64,000 nt of DNA from Bacteroidota bacterium (GCA_030679145.1 JAUXTU010000047.1:12018-76017), one strand, 5' to 3'. Positions 48,673 to 59,547 are shown, counted from the first letter of the stretch. A program made the numbers and translations. Notes: generated by a model from the sequence alone, not told the origin.

Positions 48673-50585
48673 TAAAAAACTCTGGCGATATTCCCGCCCG
48701 CTTTTTTTGCCTGTTCAAGCACATGCGTTACATTTTTGATCAGCTCGTCACTCAACATCTTTGCAGAGGCGCCGCTGATTCCGATCGTAACGGACAATGA
48801 GAAACTTCTTTTGTCAACTGAAACAATGCTTCCGGCAATTGCTGTACGGAGTTTTTCAGCCCACATAAATGCATCATTTGCGATCGTATCTCCAAGAATC
48901 ACTCCAAACGTTGAGGCATCAAATCGCCCCACAACATCGTACAGGCGAACACTTGCACGCAGATGACGAGCCACATGAATGAGTGCGGCCTCTTTCCCCT
49001 CTGCTCCATATCGTTGCTCTATATCGTGAAGATTGGATACTGAAACAAATACTAAACTTAAATCTTCTTCCCGGTCTGATGCACGATGCAACTCTTCGTT
49101 CAACCGAGTGACAAAATATTTTTTTGAGAGCGTTCCTGTCTGTTCATCAATGGCAATATGCTCGCTAAGGATCATATTTAATTCAGCGATCTCAAACGCA
49201 GGAGCTATTGTTGTAGAAAGAGATTGAATTGATGATATGTCTTTCTTTGAGAATGAATTTGCCTTCCGGTTTGACACCACGACTGCACCAAAACATTTTC
49301 CTCCGGAGGAGAATGGAACTGAGACCAGTGTTCCTTGTTTCAATACTTCAGATGACCGTTCATTCTCATTGAAGATTATTTTTGAATTCTGTGCAAGGTT
49401 GATCGTCTGCACGCTATTTGTTTTAATCGAATGTCCAACGATACCGCCCTCAAAATCGATCAGCTGTTTTGGCGAGACGAACCGATCATTTCCCCGCACC
49501 CGAGCAGACGCTACTGCCCATGCCCGCTGAGCATCATCAAACAATACAACACTGATCGAATCCCAGGAGATGATGTTCTCCAACTCTTCCGCCAGCGAAT
49601 TGATGATCAAAGTAATTGACGGTTGAATGGAAATCTTTTTTTTCAGATGTGTATCCGCTTCAACCAATTTTACATCAGCAGAAAGATCATATTTTTCCGT
49701 ATAACTTATCAGTAATGATGATATCAATGTTGCCGTGTGCGAAAGAATTGCAAATGTTTCATCACCGTATGCATCCTCTGCTTTACTATCAACCGCTAAG
49801 ACCGCGATCGGTGATTGTGCTGAACTATCACCGGCATAAAAAATCGGAACTCCAACAAACGATTTTACACCCTGCAAGTTTTTGTAGTAACAAAGAACAT
49901 CGCGTTCGGTTTCAGGAAGAATGTTGTTCACAATCTGCGGCTGACCATTCAATCCAATCTTACTCACCACATCCAACCCAAGCGAAATTTTTCGATCCTG
50001 CGTGAAAGCATCGCTATCGGATATTTTCCCTTCAACGATCAATTGACGTGTTTCCGTTTTCACCCAAAAAAATGTCACAGAATGTGCGAAACAGACTTCT
50101 TTGACAATTGCTAAAACTTTAAGCAGTAGGTTGGTAAATTCACTTTGGGGTTCTGCGTAACTCATGGAAATATTTTGTTTCTCCTCGAAAAAATCTGCTG
50201 CAGAAATTTTGGCGCGAGCGTGAGGCTGTTGTTGCTGCGGTACAAATTCTGTCCGGTTAAATTGAAAATGCTCACGTTCCGGTGTTGGTATTTCTACTAT
50301 CTGTTCTTCAATTTCATGTCCGCGTCCGCCATATCGTTCTGCTTCACTTGATTCCTCTTCACTTCCATCACCGATATGTTGTTTGAAATCTCCGGTCCTG
50401 TTCCTATAGTTGAAATATGCTATGTAGAAAAGAAAAGCGCCGATACCAACTGCAGTTATGTTGGTCAACGGCACTTTACTAAATACTCCTAAAAATACGA
50501 GAAGGACTCCAACGCCAGCCAGAACGACCTCTTCTAATAAACTTTTCATATTAGAATGGACGATTTCCTGCTGATTTGCCTGCAT
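48672..50585 (-). CDS. Membrane-anchored GAF-domain signalling protein with a degenerate GGDEF domain (GG(D/E)EF replaced by RFDAST)
   Basis: N-terminal TM helices, two GAF-like regions. GGDEF-fold C-terminus (LSLVFVSVSNLHDIE...GRFDASTFGVILGDT). Confidence 0.6.
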   Translation of the reverse strand: MQANQQEIVHSNMKSLLEEVVLAGVGVLLVFLGVFSKVPLTNITAVGIGAFLFYIAYFNYRNRTGDFKQHIGDGSEEESSEAERYGGRGHEIEEQIVEIPTPEREHFQFNRTEFVPQQQQPHARAKISAADFFEEKQNISMSYAEPQSEFTNLLLKVLAIVKEVCFAHSVTFFWVKTETRQLIVEGKISDSDAFTQDRKISLGLDVVSKIGLNGQPQIVNNILPETERDVLCYYKNLQGVKSFVGVPIFYAGDSSAQSPIAVLAVDSKAEDAYGDETFAILSHTATLISSLLISYTEKYDLSADVKLVEADTHLKKKISIQPSITLIINSLAEELENIISWDSISVVLFDDAQRAWAVASARVRGNDRFVSPKQLIDFEGGIVGHSIKTNSVQTINLAQNSKIIFNENERSSEVLKQGTLVSVPFSSGGKCFGAVVVSNRKANSFSKKDISSIQSLSTTIAPAFEIAELNMILSEHIAIDEQTGTLSKKYFVTRLNEELHRASDREEDLSLVFVSVSNLHDIEQRYGAEGKEAALIHVARHLRASVRLYDVVGRFDASTFGVILGDTIANDAFMWAEKLRTAIAGSIVSVDKRSFSLSVTIGISGASAKMLSDELIKNVTHVLEQAKKAGGNIARVF

Positions 50586-50823
50586 TAATGAGTCCTTGTT
50601 CGTTTAGAAATCGCAAAAAACTTGACTAATTTATCGAAATTTGGGTGTAAAGTCAACGATGATTTCGCTCCAAAAATAATTCATCTCTCAGAATTGGAAT
50701 GCTTACTATAGCATAAATTTTGGAAAAAAGAAAAAAATATTTCAAAATTTAACTATTGCTCTCTTTTTATTTTTTACCTACACTTCAATAACACAATTCT
50801 TTCTCACTAACCGAGTATCCGCT

Positions 50824-53337
50824 ATGAAAGCAGTCATTATGTCCGGAGGTTTCGGAACCAGACTTCGACCTCTCACATGCAACATCCCAAAACCAATGGT
50901 GCCGATGATGAACAAGCCGATGATGCAGCACATTGTTGACTTACTTAAAAAACATGGCATTACCGAAATTGTGTCCACACTTTTCTATCAACCGGAGATC
51001 ATCACCGGATATTTTGGAGATGGAGCAAAGTTTGAAATTAAAATGCAGTACCGTAAAGCAGAAGCCGATTATGGAACTGCAGGAAGCGTACGCAATGCTG
51101 CAGATTTTCTCGATGAACGGTTCATCATTATCAGCGGCGATGTGTTGACGGATTTCGATCTGACCAAAGCGATCGAATTTCACGAACAGAAAAAAGCAAA
51201 AGCAACGCTGGTTCTTACGCGTGCAACAAATCCTCTTGCCTTCGGAGTCGTCATCACCGACAATAGCGGAAAGATCACTCGCTTCTTGGAAAAACCATCA
51301 TGGGGTGAAGTATTCAGCGATACGATCAACACGGGAATTTATATCATTGAACCCGACGTGTTGAAACTTATTCCATATCAGAAGGAATTCGATTTCAGCA
51401 AGAATCTTTTTCCTGCAATGCTTGAACAGGACATGGGATTGTACGGTTACATTGCCGAAGGATACTGGCGTGATGTTGGGAATTTAAATGAATATCAGGA
51501 AGCACATCTTGATGCACTGGACGATGGTGTGAATTTAGTGCACGAAGGGAATATGGTTGGCAGCGCTTTTGTCGGATCAAATACGATGATCGAAACTGCT
51601 ATTGAAAATCTGCAGGGTAAAGTTTTGATCGGAAAGAATTGCAAAGTTGGAAAGAATGCAAAAATTATAAAATCAGTTATCGGAAATGACTGCGTCATTG
51701 ATGATGGTGCTGTGATCCGTAATTCCGTGATTTGGTCCGATACCAAAGTCGGAAAAGGCGCAGAACTCACATCGTGCGTTGTTGCAAAGTGGTGCACTAT
51801 CGGTGATTACGCTATCATCAATGATAATGTCTTTATATCCGATAAATGTATTATTGGAGCAGAAAGCCGACTCGCTCCGAATATAAAACTCTGGCCCGGA
51901 AAAGAAGTTGAAGAAGGTGCAGTGTTAACACGTTCTCTGGTGTGGGAGGATAAATGGTTAAAAGATCTTTTCACTGATGCAAGAATTACGGGACTCTCTA
52001 ATATAGAGATGAATCCCGAATTTGGCGCAAAGATCGGTGCGGCATTCGGTGCATTGGCAGGAAAAGGAAAATCTATTTTAATGAGCCGGGATTCTGACAA
52101 TGTATCACGAATGATGAACCGGGCAATTATGTGCGGATTGATGTCGGCAGGAGTTGATGCCGGCGATCTTCGTGCGGTATCCATTCCCATTCTTCGTCAA
52201 GAATTGCGCGGAGGGAAACACTCCGGCGGAATCCATGTAAGAAAATCTCCCATTGACAAAAATCTCACTGATATTATTTTCTTTGATGGAAAAGGAAAAG
52301 ATCTCCCGTCAAGCAAGACAAAATCGATGGAGCGATTATTTTTTGGAGAGGATTTCCCGCGGGCAAAACAGGATGATGTTGGCGGCGTTACATTCCCCGA
52401 ACGCGCACAGGAAAGTTATATACAGAAATTCCTCTCCACACTGAATGTTGAAGCGATCTCGCAATCAAAGTTCAAACTTGTTGTGGATTATTCCAGCGGC
52501 ATTGCATCATCGATCTTTCCAAATATTCTTGGCTCTTTTAATTCACAGGTCCTTTCGCAAAACGCATACCTTGATGCAAAAAAAATAACGCGCAATCAGG
52601 ATGAGTTCGACCAAAGCGTGTCTCAGCTGTCGCATATCGTTACTTCGTTGGGTTATGATATCGGTTTTCTTCTTGATGCCGGTGCAGAACGCTGTTTGAT
52701 CGTTGACGAGAATGGAAAATTCATTGAAACCGACCGTTTGCTCACGCTGGTCACGCATCTTTTTCTTACCGTCTACCCTGATGTAAAGAAGATCGCTGTT
52801 CCGATCACTGCCTCCGCAGAGATCGATCTGATCGCCGAACACATGGGTGTTGAAGTTGTAAAGACACGCGACAGTCATTTATCATTGATGGAAGCTGCCA
52901 TCAAAGAGGATATTAAATTTGTCGGCGGAACAAAAGGGGGATTTATTTTCCCTGATTTCCTTTTTGCGAGTGATGGGATGTATTCTGTCGCAAAGATCCT
53001 GGAAATGCTGGCACTTGCCGGAACACGTTTCGGACAGTTAGATAAACAAGTTCCGAAACTTCATATGAATAAAAAAGCGATCCATGTTCCCTGGGATAAA
53101 AAAGGACGTGTTATGCGTTACCTGATGAAGGACACCGATAATCAGCCGCATAGAATTCTTTTGGATGGAGTAAAGTTAATCCTTGACCATAAAAAATCAA
53201 CATCGGTGTTGATGTGGCCCGACAGAGCAAAACCATCGTTCCACGTTCACGCCGAATCGTCAGACAAAGAACTTGCTGAAAGTTTGGTTTCACAATACGA
53301 AGAGAAGATCGTTGAGTGGCGTGATACTCGAGATTGA
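50824..53337 (+). CDS. Bifunctional sugar-1-phosphate nucleotidyltransferase (ManC/GlmU-like, left-handed beta-helix) fused to a phosphomannomutase/phosphoglucomutase-like domain
   Basis: MKAVIMSGGFGTRLRPLT (NTP-transferase G-loop). Hexapeptide repeats. C-terminal PGM/PMM alpha/beta/alpha domains. 837 aa. Confidence 0.75.
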   Translation: MKAVIMSGGFGTRLRPLTCNIPKPMVPMMNKPMMQHIVDLLKKHGITEIVSTLFYQPEIITGYFGDGAKFEIKMQYRKAEADYGTAGSVRNAADFLDERFIIISGDVLTDFDLTKAIEFHEQKKAKATLVLTRATNPLAFGVVITDNSGKITRFLEKPSWGEVFSDTINTGIYIIEPDVLKLIPYQKEFDFSKNLFPAMLEQDMGLYGYIAEGYWRDVGNLNEYQEAHLDALDDGVNLVHEGNMVGSAFVGSNTMIETAIENLQGKVLIGKNCKVGKNAKIIKSVIGNDCVIDDGAVIRNSVIWSDTKVGKGAELTSCVVAKWCTIGDYAIINDNVFISDKCIIGAESRLAPNIKLWPGKEVEEGAVLTRSLVWEDKWLKDLFTDARITGLSNIEMNPEFGAKIGAAFGALAGKGKSILMSRDSDNVSRMMNRAIMCGLMSAGVDAGDLRAVSIPILRQELRGGKHSGGIHVRKSPIDKNLTDIIFFDGKGKDLPSSKTKSMERLFFGEDFPRAKQDDVGGVTFPERAQESYIQKFLSTLNVEAISQSKFKLVVDYSSGIASSIFPNILGSFNSQVLSQNAYLDAKKITRNQDEFDQSVSQLSHIVTSLGYDIGFLLDAGAERCLIVDENGKFIETDRLLTLVTHLFLTVYPDVKKIAVPITASAEIDLIAEHMGVEVVKTRDSHLSLMEAAIKEDIKFVGGTKGGFIFPDFLFASDGMYSVAKILEMLALAGTRFGQLDKQVPKLHMNKKAIHVPWDKKGRVMRYLMKDTDNQPHRILLDGVKLILDHKKSTSVLMWPDRAKPSFHVHAESSDKELAESLVSQYEEKIVEWRDTRD

Positions 53338-53429
53338 TATTGCAAGAATTTTAGCTACCATTTAGAGGTCGAAAGTCGTATATTTCACAGTTGAATTTAT
53401 ATGGTTGATATTTTGGAGATCAAGAAAAA

Positions 53430-53900
53430 ATGAAAATCAGTGATATTTTAGATGAATCAGTTGTTCGCGTAAAGCTTAAAGGCAAATCAAAGGACGAGAT
53501 CATCAATGAAATGATCGCGATCGTCAATCATTCCCCGAAGATCACGGACATCGAAAAGGTCCGTGAGGCGATCTTTGAACGTGAAAAGATCATGTCAACC
53601 GGTGTCGGGAACGGTTTTGCCATTCCGCATGGAAAAAGCGATGCTGTGCTTGATATTGTGGCTGCGTTCGCCATTACCGAAGAAGCAATCGATTATGAAT
53701 CTTTGGATGAACAGCCGGTTCATCTTATTTTCCTGCTGGTTGGAAAAGACAGCATGGTAGGACCGCATATTAAACTGCTCAGCAGGATATCCCGCTTAAT
53801 GAACAAAGAAGATTTCCGAAAGAAACTGCTTGATGCAAAAACTTCGAAGGAAGTGATCGAGATCTTCAAGAGCGAAGAAGCACAATATTTCGAGAATTAA
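53430..53900 (+). CDS. ptsN: PTS EIIA(Ntr)-type regulatory protein
   Basis: 156 aa. AIPHGKSDAV with the phosphorylatable His. Confidence 0.75.
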   Translation: MKISDILDESVVRVKLKGKSKDEIINEMIAIVNHSPKITDIEKVREAIFEREKIMSTGVGNGFAIPHGKSDAVLDIVAAFAITEEAIDYESLDEQPVHLIFLLVGKDSMVGPHIKLLSRISRLMNKEDFRKKLLDAKTSKEVIEIFKSEEAQYFEN

Positions 53901-53980
53901 ATTCCCTGCAAATTCTTGGGCGTAATTTTTTTTGGACCGAGTAACTCTCTTCCCAATTTTATAACTATTTCTGATATCCC

Positions 53981-55231
53981 GTGAATTATCGTTCCGTAAA
54001 AGGCGCTAAAGATATTCTTCCCTCCGAAACATCGCAGTGGCAGTTCGTTGAACAGACAATGCGCGATGTCTTTCATCGTTTCAATTATAGAGAGATCCGC
54101 ACACCAATCTTTGAATCAACCGGATTATTTGCGCGCAGCATTGGCGAACTGACTGATATCGTTGGAAAAGAAATGTACACGTTCCAAGATAGAAGCAACG
54201 ACAGTATCACGCTTCGTCCTGAAGGGACTGCGTCGGTCATTCGTTCATTCATCCAGAACAACATTGGTGAAGCTCAGCCGCTGACGAAAGTATTTTACAT
54301 CGGACCAATGTTCCGGCAGGAACGGCCGCAAGCCGGAAGGCTCCGTCAGTTCCATCAATTCGGCGCGGAAGCGATCGGATCGCCGACAGCGGAAACGGAT
54401 GTTGAGATCATTGCATTGGCAATTGAAATTTACAAAGCGCTCGGCATCACGAATTATTCGCTGCAGATCAATTCTGTCGGCGATGAAGAATGCCGTCCTC
54501 GATATAAAGAAATTCTCAGCGCTGAATTACGAAAGATCGCTGATAAACTCTCCAACGATAGTCAGAAACGGATCGACCAAAATCCGATGCGAGTGCTTGA
54601 TTCCAAAGACGAGAACGATAAATTGTTGACTGCCTCAATGCCTCTTATCACCGATTATCTGAATGAAGAATGTTCAAAACATTTTGAGCGTGTGAAAACA
54701 TTATTGACCGCGTATGGAATTCCATTTACGGTAAACGGACGATTAGTACGCGGATTGGATTACTATACTAAGACAGCATTCGAGATTACAAGCACTGAAC
54801 TTGGTTCACAGGATGCGCTTGCCGGAGGCGGACGATACGATCTGCTGGTGAAAGAACTCGGCGGTAAACAAACTCCGGGTGTTGGATTTGCGGCAGGCAT
54901 TGAACGGTTGATGATGATCCTTGAAAAGAAAGGGATCCAATCACCGCAGCGAAATCCAAAAATTTTTATTGCGGCGGCAGACGACTCTTCCCGCGAATGG
55001 GTACTGACAACAACAATGCAGCTTCGATCTGCCGGTGTATCGGCTGAAACAGATCTTCTTTCCAGGAGTTTGAAATCACAGATGAAAGAAGCGGATCGAC
55101 AGAAGGCAGAATTTGTCCTTGTTGTCGGTTCAACGGAACTTGAAAGCGGTAAAGGATCGTTGAAGAACTTAGTGGATCACACTCAGCGAGAGATCGCGCT
55201 GAGCGATATCCTGACGTTCTTCAAACAATAA
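53981..55231 (+). CDS. hisS: Histidine--tRNA ligase
   Basis: Class II motifs (GPMFRQERPQAGRLRQFHQFGAE, GGGRYD) and the anticodon-binding domain. Confidence 0.9.
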   Translation: MNYRSVKGAKDILPSETSQWQFVEQTMRDVFHRFNYREIRTPIFESTGLFARSIGELTDIVGKEMYTFQDRSNDSITLRPEGTASVIRSFIQNNIGEAQPLTKVFYIGPMFRQERPQAGRLRQFHQFGAEAIGSPTAETDVEIIALAIEIYKALGITNYSLQINSVGDEECRPRYKEILSAELRKIADKLSNDSQKRIDQNPMRVLDSKDENDKLLTASMPLITDYLNEECSKHFERVKTLLTAYGIPFTVNGRLVRGLDYYTKTAFEITSTELGSQDALAGGGRYDLLVKELGGKQTPGVGFAAGIERLMMILEKKGIQSPQRNPKIFIAAADDSSREWVLTTTMQLRSAGVSAETDLLSRSLKSQMKEADRQKAEFVLVVGSTELESGKGSLKNLVDHTQREIALSDILTFFKQ

Positions 55232-55271
55232 CGCGGTTCAACGGTATAACCTCCGTTCCGCAAAGTAGATT

Positions 55272-55766
55272 ATGCCGACAAAGAATCAATCGATAGAATA
55301 CCGTTTATTGGTGCGACCAACATTTGATTCGACGGTGAACAAAGAAGGAATTCTTTTTTTACTTGAGACATCGAAACAATTCACCAATTTCAGCTATGTC
55401 ATTGATGTAAAAGAGACCATTCTCGGTAGAAAAATCGTTTGGACATTACGCGGACTGCGTGCGCCGTCAATGAACATGCCTTCAACCGGCGCCGCACAAT
55501 ACAGCAATATCTATTTTGACCTCGACAACAAAATAGATTTTATGCTCGTCAAAAACGAAAAAGCAACTGCTTCAACATCATTGAAATTTTTACGATCTTC
55601 GGTCAAATCAACAAAAACAATTGTTAATTTTTTGAAGATCTATACTGATGAAATTGAATTTGAGAATAACAGATTGACCGATGCGGATGTCCCTGAATTA
55701 AAACCCGATATCCATCGTGGTCATGAAAAAACAAAAAAACTAATCAAGAGACAGAAAAATAAATAA
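55272..55766 (+). CDS. Hypothetical protein
   Basis: ORF only. No recognisable motif. Confidence 0.35.
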   Translation: MPTKNQSIEYRLLVRPTFDSTVNKEGILFLLETSKQFTNFSYVIDVKETILGRKIVWTLRGLRAPSMNMPSTGAAQYSNIYFDLDNKIDFMLVKNEKATASTSLKFLRSSVKSTKTIVNFLKIYTDEIEFENNRLTDADVPELKPDIHRGHEKTKKLIKRQKNK

Positions 55767-56587
55767 TGCATCCAATTATTTTCTCCTTCGGCGGTATCAC
55801 CATCTACAGCTTCGGCTTAATGATGGGTATCTCTTTCCTCATCGGAAATTATATTCTCACCAAAGAATTCAAACGAAAAAAACTCCATTCTGATCTTGCA
55901 TCGAACATTACATTGATCGCATTGATCGCGGGAGTTTCCGGATCGAAATTTTTATATTTGTTGGAAAATTGGAGTGACTTCACCCGCGATCCGATCGGGA
56001 TGACATTTTCGCCGGGCGGAATGACATTTTACGGCGGATTCGTGCTCGCATTGATCTCGATCTATTATTACGCAAAGAAAAAAGGGTTGCCGTTCATGAA
56101 GATCGGTGATGCGGCCGCTCCTGCATTACTCCTTGCGTACGGTATTGCCCGTATTGGCTGTCATCTTGCGGGAGACGGCGATTATGGATTTCCTTCCAAT
56201 CTTCCCTGGGCAACGGATTATTCCAACGGAACGTATCCGCCATCGGCAGCATTCAGAAGTTTTCCGGAAGTGACATCGTTGTTCCCGAACGGCATCGTTC
56301 CTGACAATACGCTTTGTCATCCCACACCAATTTATGAAACGATCATCTGTTCCCTCTTCTTCGTCATCCTTTGGAAGAATCGTGAAAAGTGGAGCATTCA
56401 AGGGCAAATGTTCTATGCGTACCTTGTTCTTGCAGGAATTGAACGATTGACCGTTGAGTTCTTCAGACTTAATCCCCGCTTGCTGTTTGGATTAAGCGAG
56501 GCGCAGATCATTGCACTTATTTTGATCGCAGCAGGTGCAATTGGATGGAATTCATTGCGTCGAGAAGAAAAACTGATAAAATCTTAA
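55766..56587 (+). CDS. lgt: Prolipoprotein diacylglyceryl transferase
   Basis: GGITIYSFGLMMGISFLIG. The Lgt signature GIARIGCHLAGDGDYG. Confidence 0.85.
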   Translation: MHPIIFSFGGITIYSFGLMMGISFLIGNYILTKEFKRKKLHSDLASNITLIALIAGVSGSKFLYLLENWSDFTRDPIGMTFSPGGMTFYGGFVLALISIYYYAKKKGLPFMKIGDAAAPALLLAYGIARIGCHLAGDGDYGFPSNLPWATDYSNGTYPPSAAFRSFPEVTSLFPNGIVPDNTLCHPTPIYETIICSLFFVILWKNREKWSIQGQMFYAYLVLAGIERLTVEFFRLNPRLLFGLSEAQIIALILIAAGAIGWNSLRREEKLIKS

Positions 56588-56596
56588 ACTGAAATT

Positions 56597-57331
56597 ATGA
56601 ATCTAATCCTCGGCAGAAAACCGGTTCTGGATGCGCTGAAATCAAACACACCAATTGACCGGTTGATGATCGCGCAAAATTCTCACGGTGAAGTTGTTGA
56701 TGAGATCATCAAGATCGCGCGGCAAAAAAATATTCCGTATAGAATGTCTCCCGCAGATCAAATTTCAAAAACTGCACAAGGTCAAAATAGCCAGGGAGTC
56801 ATTGCGTTCATCGGGACGAAAGAATTTTCCGATATCAGCGCATTGTTCGACGTGGCAAAGGCAAAGAACGAGCAGCCCTTCTTCCTCATTTTCGATGAGA
56901 TCGAGGATGTTCACAATCTTGGCGCGTTGATCCGTACCGCAGTCTGCACCGGCGCGCACGGAGGAATCATTCCAAAACATCACAACGCTCCGGTGAATGA
57001 TACTGTTGTAAAAACATCAGCAGGCGCAAGTTTGCAGTTTCCAATGGCGCGCGTGACGAACATTGCACAGACCATTGATGAACTAAAAGAGAACGGCGTG
57101 TGGATCGTCGGCACAGAAATGACCGCACCGAAAAATTTTACCGAGATCGATTACTCGGTTCCGGTCGCATTGGTCATCGGAAACGAAGGGAAAGGAATAC
57201 GCAGATTAGTAAAAGATAAATGCGATTTTCTCGTAAAAATTCCGATGAAGGGGGATTTTGAATCACTCAACGCCTCGGTTGCCGGTGCAATTGTCATGTA
57301 TGAAGTATTGCGGAAAAGAAATTTCAAATAA
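56597..57331 (+). CDS. rlmB: 23S rRNA (guanosine-2'-O)-methyltransferase, SpoU/TrmH family (RlmB-like)
   Basis: SpoU methylase motifs (VHNLGALIRTA, LVIGNEGKGIR, ESLNASVAGAIVMYE). Confidence 0.8.
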   Translation: MNLILGRKPVLDALKSNTPIDRLMIAQNSHGEVVDEIIKIARQKNIPYRMSPADQISKTAQGQNSQGVIAFIGTKEFSDISALFDVAKAKNEQPFFLIFDEIEDVHNLGALIRTAVCTGAHGGIIPKHHNAPVNDTVVKTSAGASLQFPMARVTNIAQTIDELKENGVWIVGTEMTAPKNFTEIDYSVPVALVIGNEGKGIRRLVKDKCDFLVKIPMKGDFESLNASVAGAIVMYEVLRKRNFK

Positions 57332-57334
57332 TTT

Positions 57335-58234
57335 ATGATCACCCGTTACCGAAATACCGGAAAAAAGAAGTTCGAATGGATCGACGTCATCAATCCGACA
57401 ACAGATGAGTTGAAGAGTGTTGCAGAAGAACATTCTCTCCATGCTAACGCAGTTCAGGACAGCCTTCAGCCGGAACATCTCCCGAAATTCGAATGGATCG
57501 ACGATACGGTGTTCATCATTGGAAGAGTGTACGATTATCTGTCAACCAAGGACGCAGACACCATCCAGGACATCAGCAACAAGATCGCGATCTTTGTCGG
57601 AAAGAATTTCATCATTACGATCCATCGCGGTGAGCAGCCGTTCCTTGACGCGATACGGGCGAAGCATTTTAACACCGCTCAATGTGCAGCACCGAACGAT
57701 CTTCTCATTAAAATATTGTACTACATATTCCAGTCGTATGTTACTCCTTCATCGATCCTCGAGGAAGAACTGGATCAATTAGAGACACTGATCGTTCTGA
57801 AGAATCAGACCAATTCTGTACTAAGAAAACTGTACCACTTAAAACGCAAAGCTGCCGTTTGCCTTCGTATCCTCCGTCTCTCTAAAACCATCATTGATAA
57901 TCTTGACAAGAATACTTCTGCCGTCATTCATCAGGATCTCCGTGAGTTTTTTCTTAGTCTGGAAACGTCCTACGATCAAACGATCGAGAATGCAAACAAC
58001 CTTCTTAATCTTTACATCTCTCTTTCATCACAAAGAACGAATGAAGTCGTTCGTGTTCTTACATTGTTCTCGGTCTTCTTTATGCCGTTAACGTTCATTG
58101 TCGGCGTCTATGGAATGAACTTTGAGTTTATGCCTGAACTTCACAGCCCCTACGGATATCCTCTTGTTATTACTGTAATGGGTCTTATCACACTGGGAAT
58201 CTATCTCTGGTTCAAAAAGAAACGCTGGCTGTGA
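57335..58234 (+). CDS. corA: CorA-family Mg2+/Co2+ transporter
   Basis: YGMNFEFMPEL (GMN motif) followed by two C-terminal TM helices. Confidence 0.85.
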   Translation: MITRYRNTGKKKFEWIDVINPTTDELKSVAEEHSLHANAVQDSLQPEHLPKFEWIDDTVFIIGRVYDYLSTKDADTIQDISNKIAIFVGKNFIITIHRGEQPFLDAIRAKHFNTAQCAAPNDLLIKILYYIFQSYVTPSSILEEELDQLETLIVLKNQTNSVLRKLYHLKRKAAVCLRILRLSKTIIDNLDKNTSAVIHQDLREFFLSLETSYDQTIENANNLLNLYISLSSQRTNEVVRVLTLFSVFFMPLTFIVGVYGMNFEFMPELHSPYGYPLVITVMGLITLGIYLWFKKKRWL

Positions 58235-58295
58235 TCCCGTAAAAAACTCTTCTTGACACTCTCTGCTCGAATTCATACCTTTCGCTCCGAATTCA

Positions 58296-58760
58296 ATGCG
58301 GCTCGTTCCGCAGTTCCATCATTTACTTTCGGAGGTTGTTATGATGAGCAAGAATTTCTGGATCGCTGTTATTGTTGGCAGTATTGTTGTGAATGTTATT
58401 GATTTTTTGGTACAGGGAATGCTGTTCCAAACCATGTTCTACTCTAAGATGGAGGGATTGAAACAAACAAACCCGGCGTGGTTTGTGGTAATGGATGTGA
58501 TCATGGTTATCCTTTTTGTGTGGTTCTATGATAAAGTGTACAGCAGTTTCAGCGGAGGGATGGAAGGCGGAATGAAGTTCGGACTTTACTACGGCGTTAT
58601 CATGAATTTCCCCGTGATGTTTTTCCCCTACTTGATGTATCAAGGAACGATGTATAGTTACGTGTGGGCTTCCATTATTTATGGTATCATCTGGGGCGCG
58701 GTGCTCGGTTCAGTCGTTGGAAAATTATATGTAAAAGGTGCAACTGCTTCAGCAGCGTAA
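58296..58760 (+). CDS. Small polytopic membrane protein of unknown function (start probably MMSKNFW at about 58341)
   Basis: Four hydrophobic segments. Confidence 0.4.
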   Translation: MRLVPQFHHLLSEVVMMSKNFWIAVIVGSIVVNVIDFLVQGMLFQTMFYSKMEGLKQTNPAWFVVMDVIMVILFVWFYDKVYSSFSGGMEGGMKFGLYYGVIMNFPVMFFPYLMYQGTMYSYVWASIIYGIIWGAVLGSVVGKLYVKGATASAA

Positions 58761-58768
58761 TCTTTGGT

Positions 58769-58801
58769 AACCTTGTCAAGGTTTTAAACCTTGACAAGGT
58801 T
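58769..58801. terminator. Perfect 15-bp stem hairpin (AACCTTGTCAAGGTT-TTA-AACCTTGACAAGGTT) between convergent genes. Bidirectional terminator.
   Basis: Seen in sequence. Confidence 0.7.
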
Positions 58802-58809
58802 TCTTGAAT

Positions 58810-59547
58810 TTATTTTCCCCACAGCGCATCGCTCGGCAGAACATTCTCATCTTTCAGCAGCCGTAATCCAAATTCTCTTCCTTTTGCGTTCGCCTGTTTG
58901 TCTCTTGGATCATCTTTCCCGCCCAACACAAATCGATCCTCACCTAATTCAAAAAGATCGCCGATCATTTCCGCAAATGAATTCGATCTTGTTGCATACG
59001 CAATATATGCCGAACCGAAAAAATGCTGCAGTTTATCTTTATCGCTTGCTTTTTGAACATTACTGAGAATTTTTTTGGGAAGATGCGTACGCCGAAGACG
59101 AAAGAGTGAATCATTTTCAAATGTCAATGGAAAATAGACCGAACCGATGATTGGGATTTTCAAACCCAATCGCTTATGATCCATTACTGCAAGTATAGAG
59201 ATCAGTAATGCGTGTTTCACATCTCCATCTGCAATGAGCATCGCGCGATCAAAGATTGCATCAACAGCAAGCGTATCATCATACGTTCTGCGCAGTTCAT
59301 AGAACCGATCGTCGCGGAGATATCGCTTTAAATGTGCTTCGTCTTTTAAAAGCGGAGGGAGAAAATCGGTGGGATCGATGAATGATGAGTCTTCGGTGGA
59401 ATAATACCAGTCGTCATTGAGCCAAGTTGAATCTTTTTCCTGGGAAAGGATGAAGGATGAAGGATGAAAAATCAAAAAGATGAAAAATGAAACATGAAAA
59501 ATAAAAAATCGTTTCCTTCGCAATTCTATCAAAAATTTAGAATTCAT
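58810..59547 (-). CDS. Hypothetical protein. The Phe-rich N-terminus is encoded by a simple-sequence tract.
   Basis: ORF only. N-terminal FFIFHVSFFIFLIFHPSSFILS is encoded by (GATGAA)-like repeats. Confidence 0.35.
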   Translation of the reverse strand: MNSKFLIELRRKRFFIFHVSFFIFLIFHPSSFILSQEKDSTWLNDDWYYSTEDSSFIDPTDFLPPLLKDEAHLKRYLRDDRFYELRRTYDDTLAVDAIFDRAMLIADGDVKHALLISILAVMDHKRLGLKIPIIGSVYFPLTFENDSLFRLRRTHLPKKILSNVQKASDKDKLQHFFGSAYIAYATRSNSFAEMIGDLFELGEDRFVLGGKDDPRDKQANAKGREFGLRLLKDENVLPSDALWGK

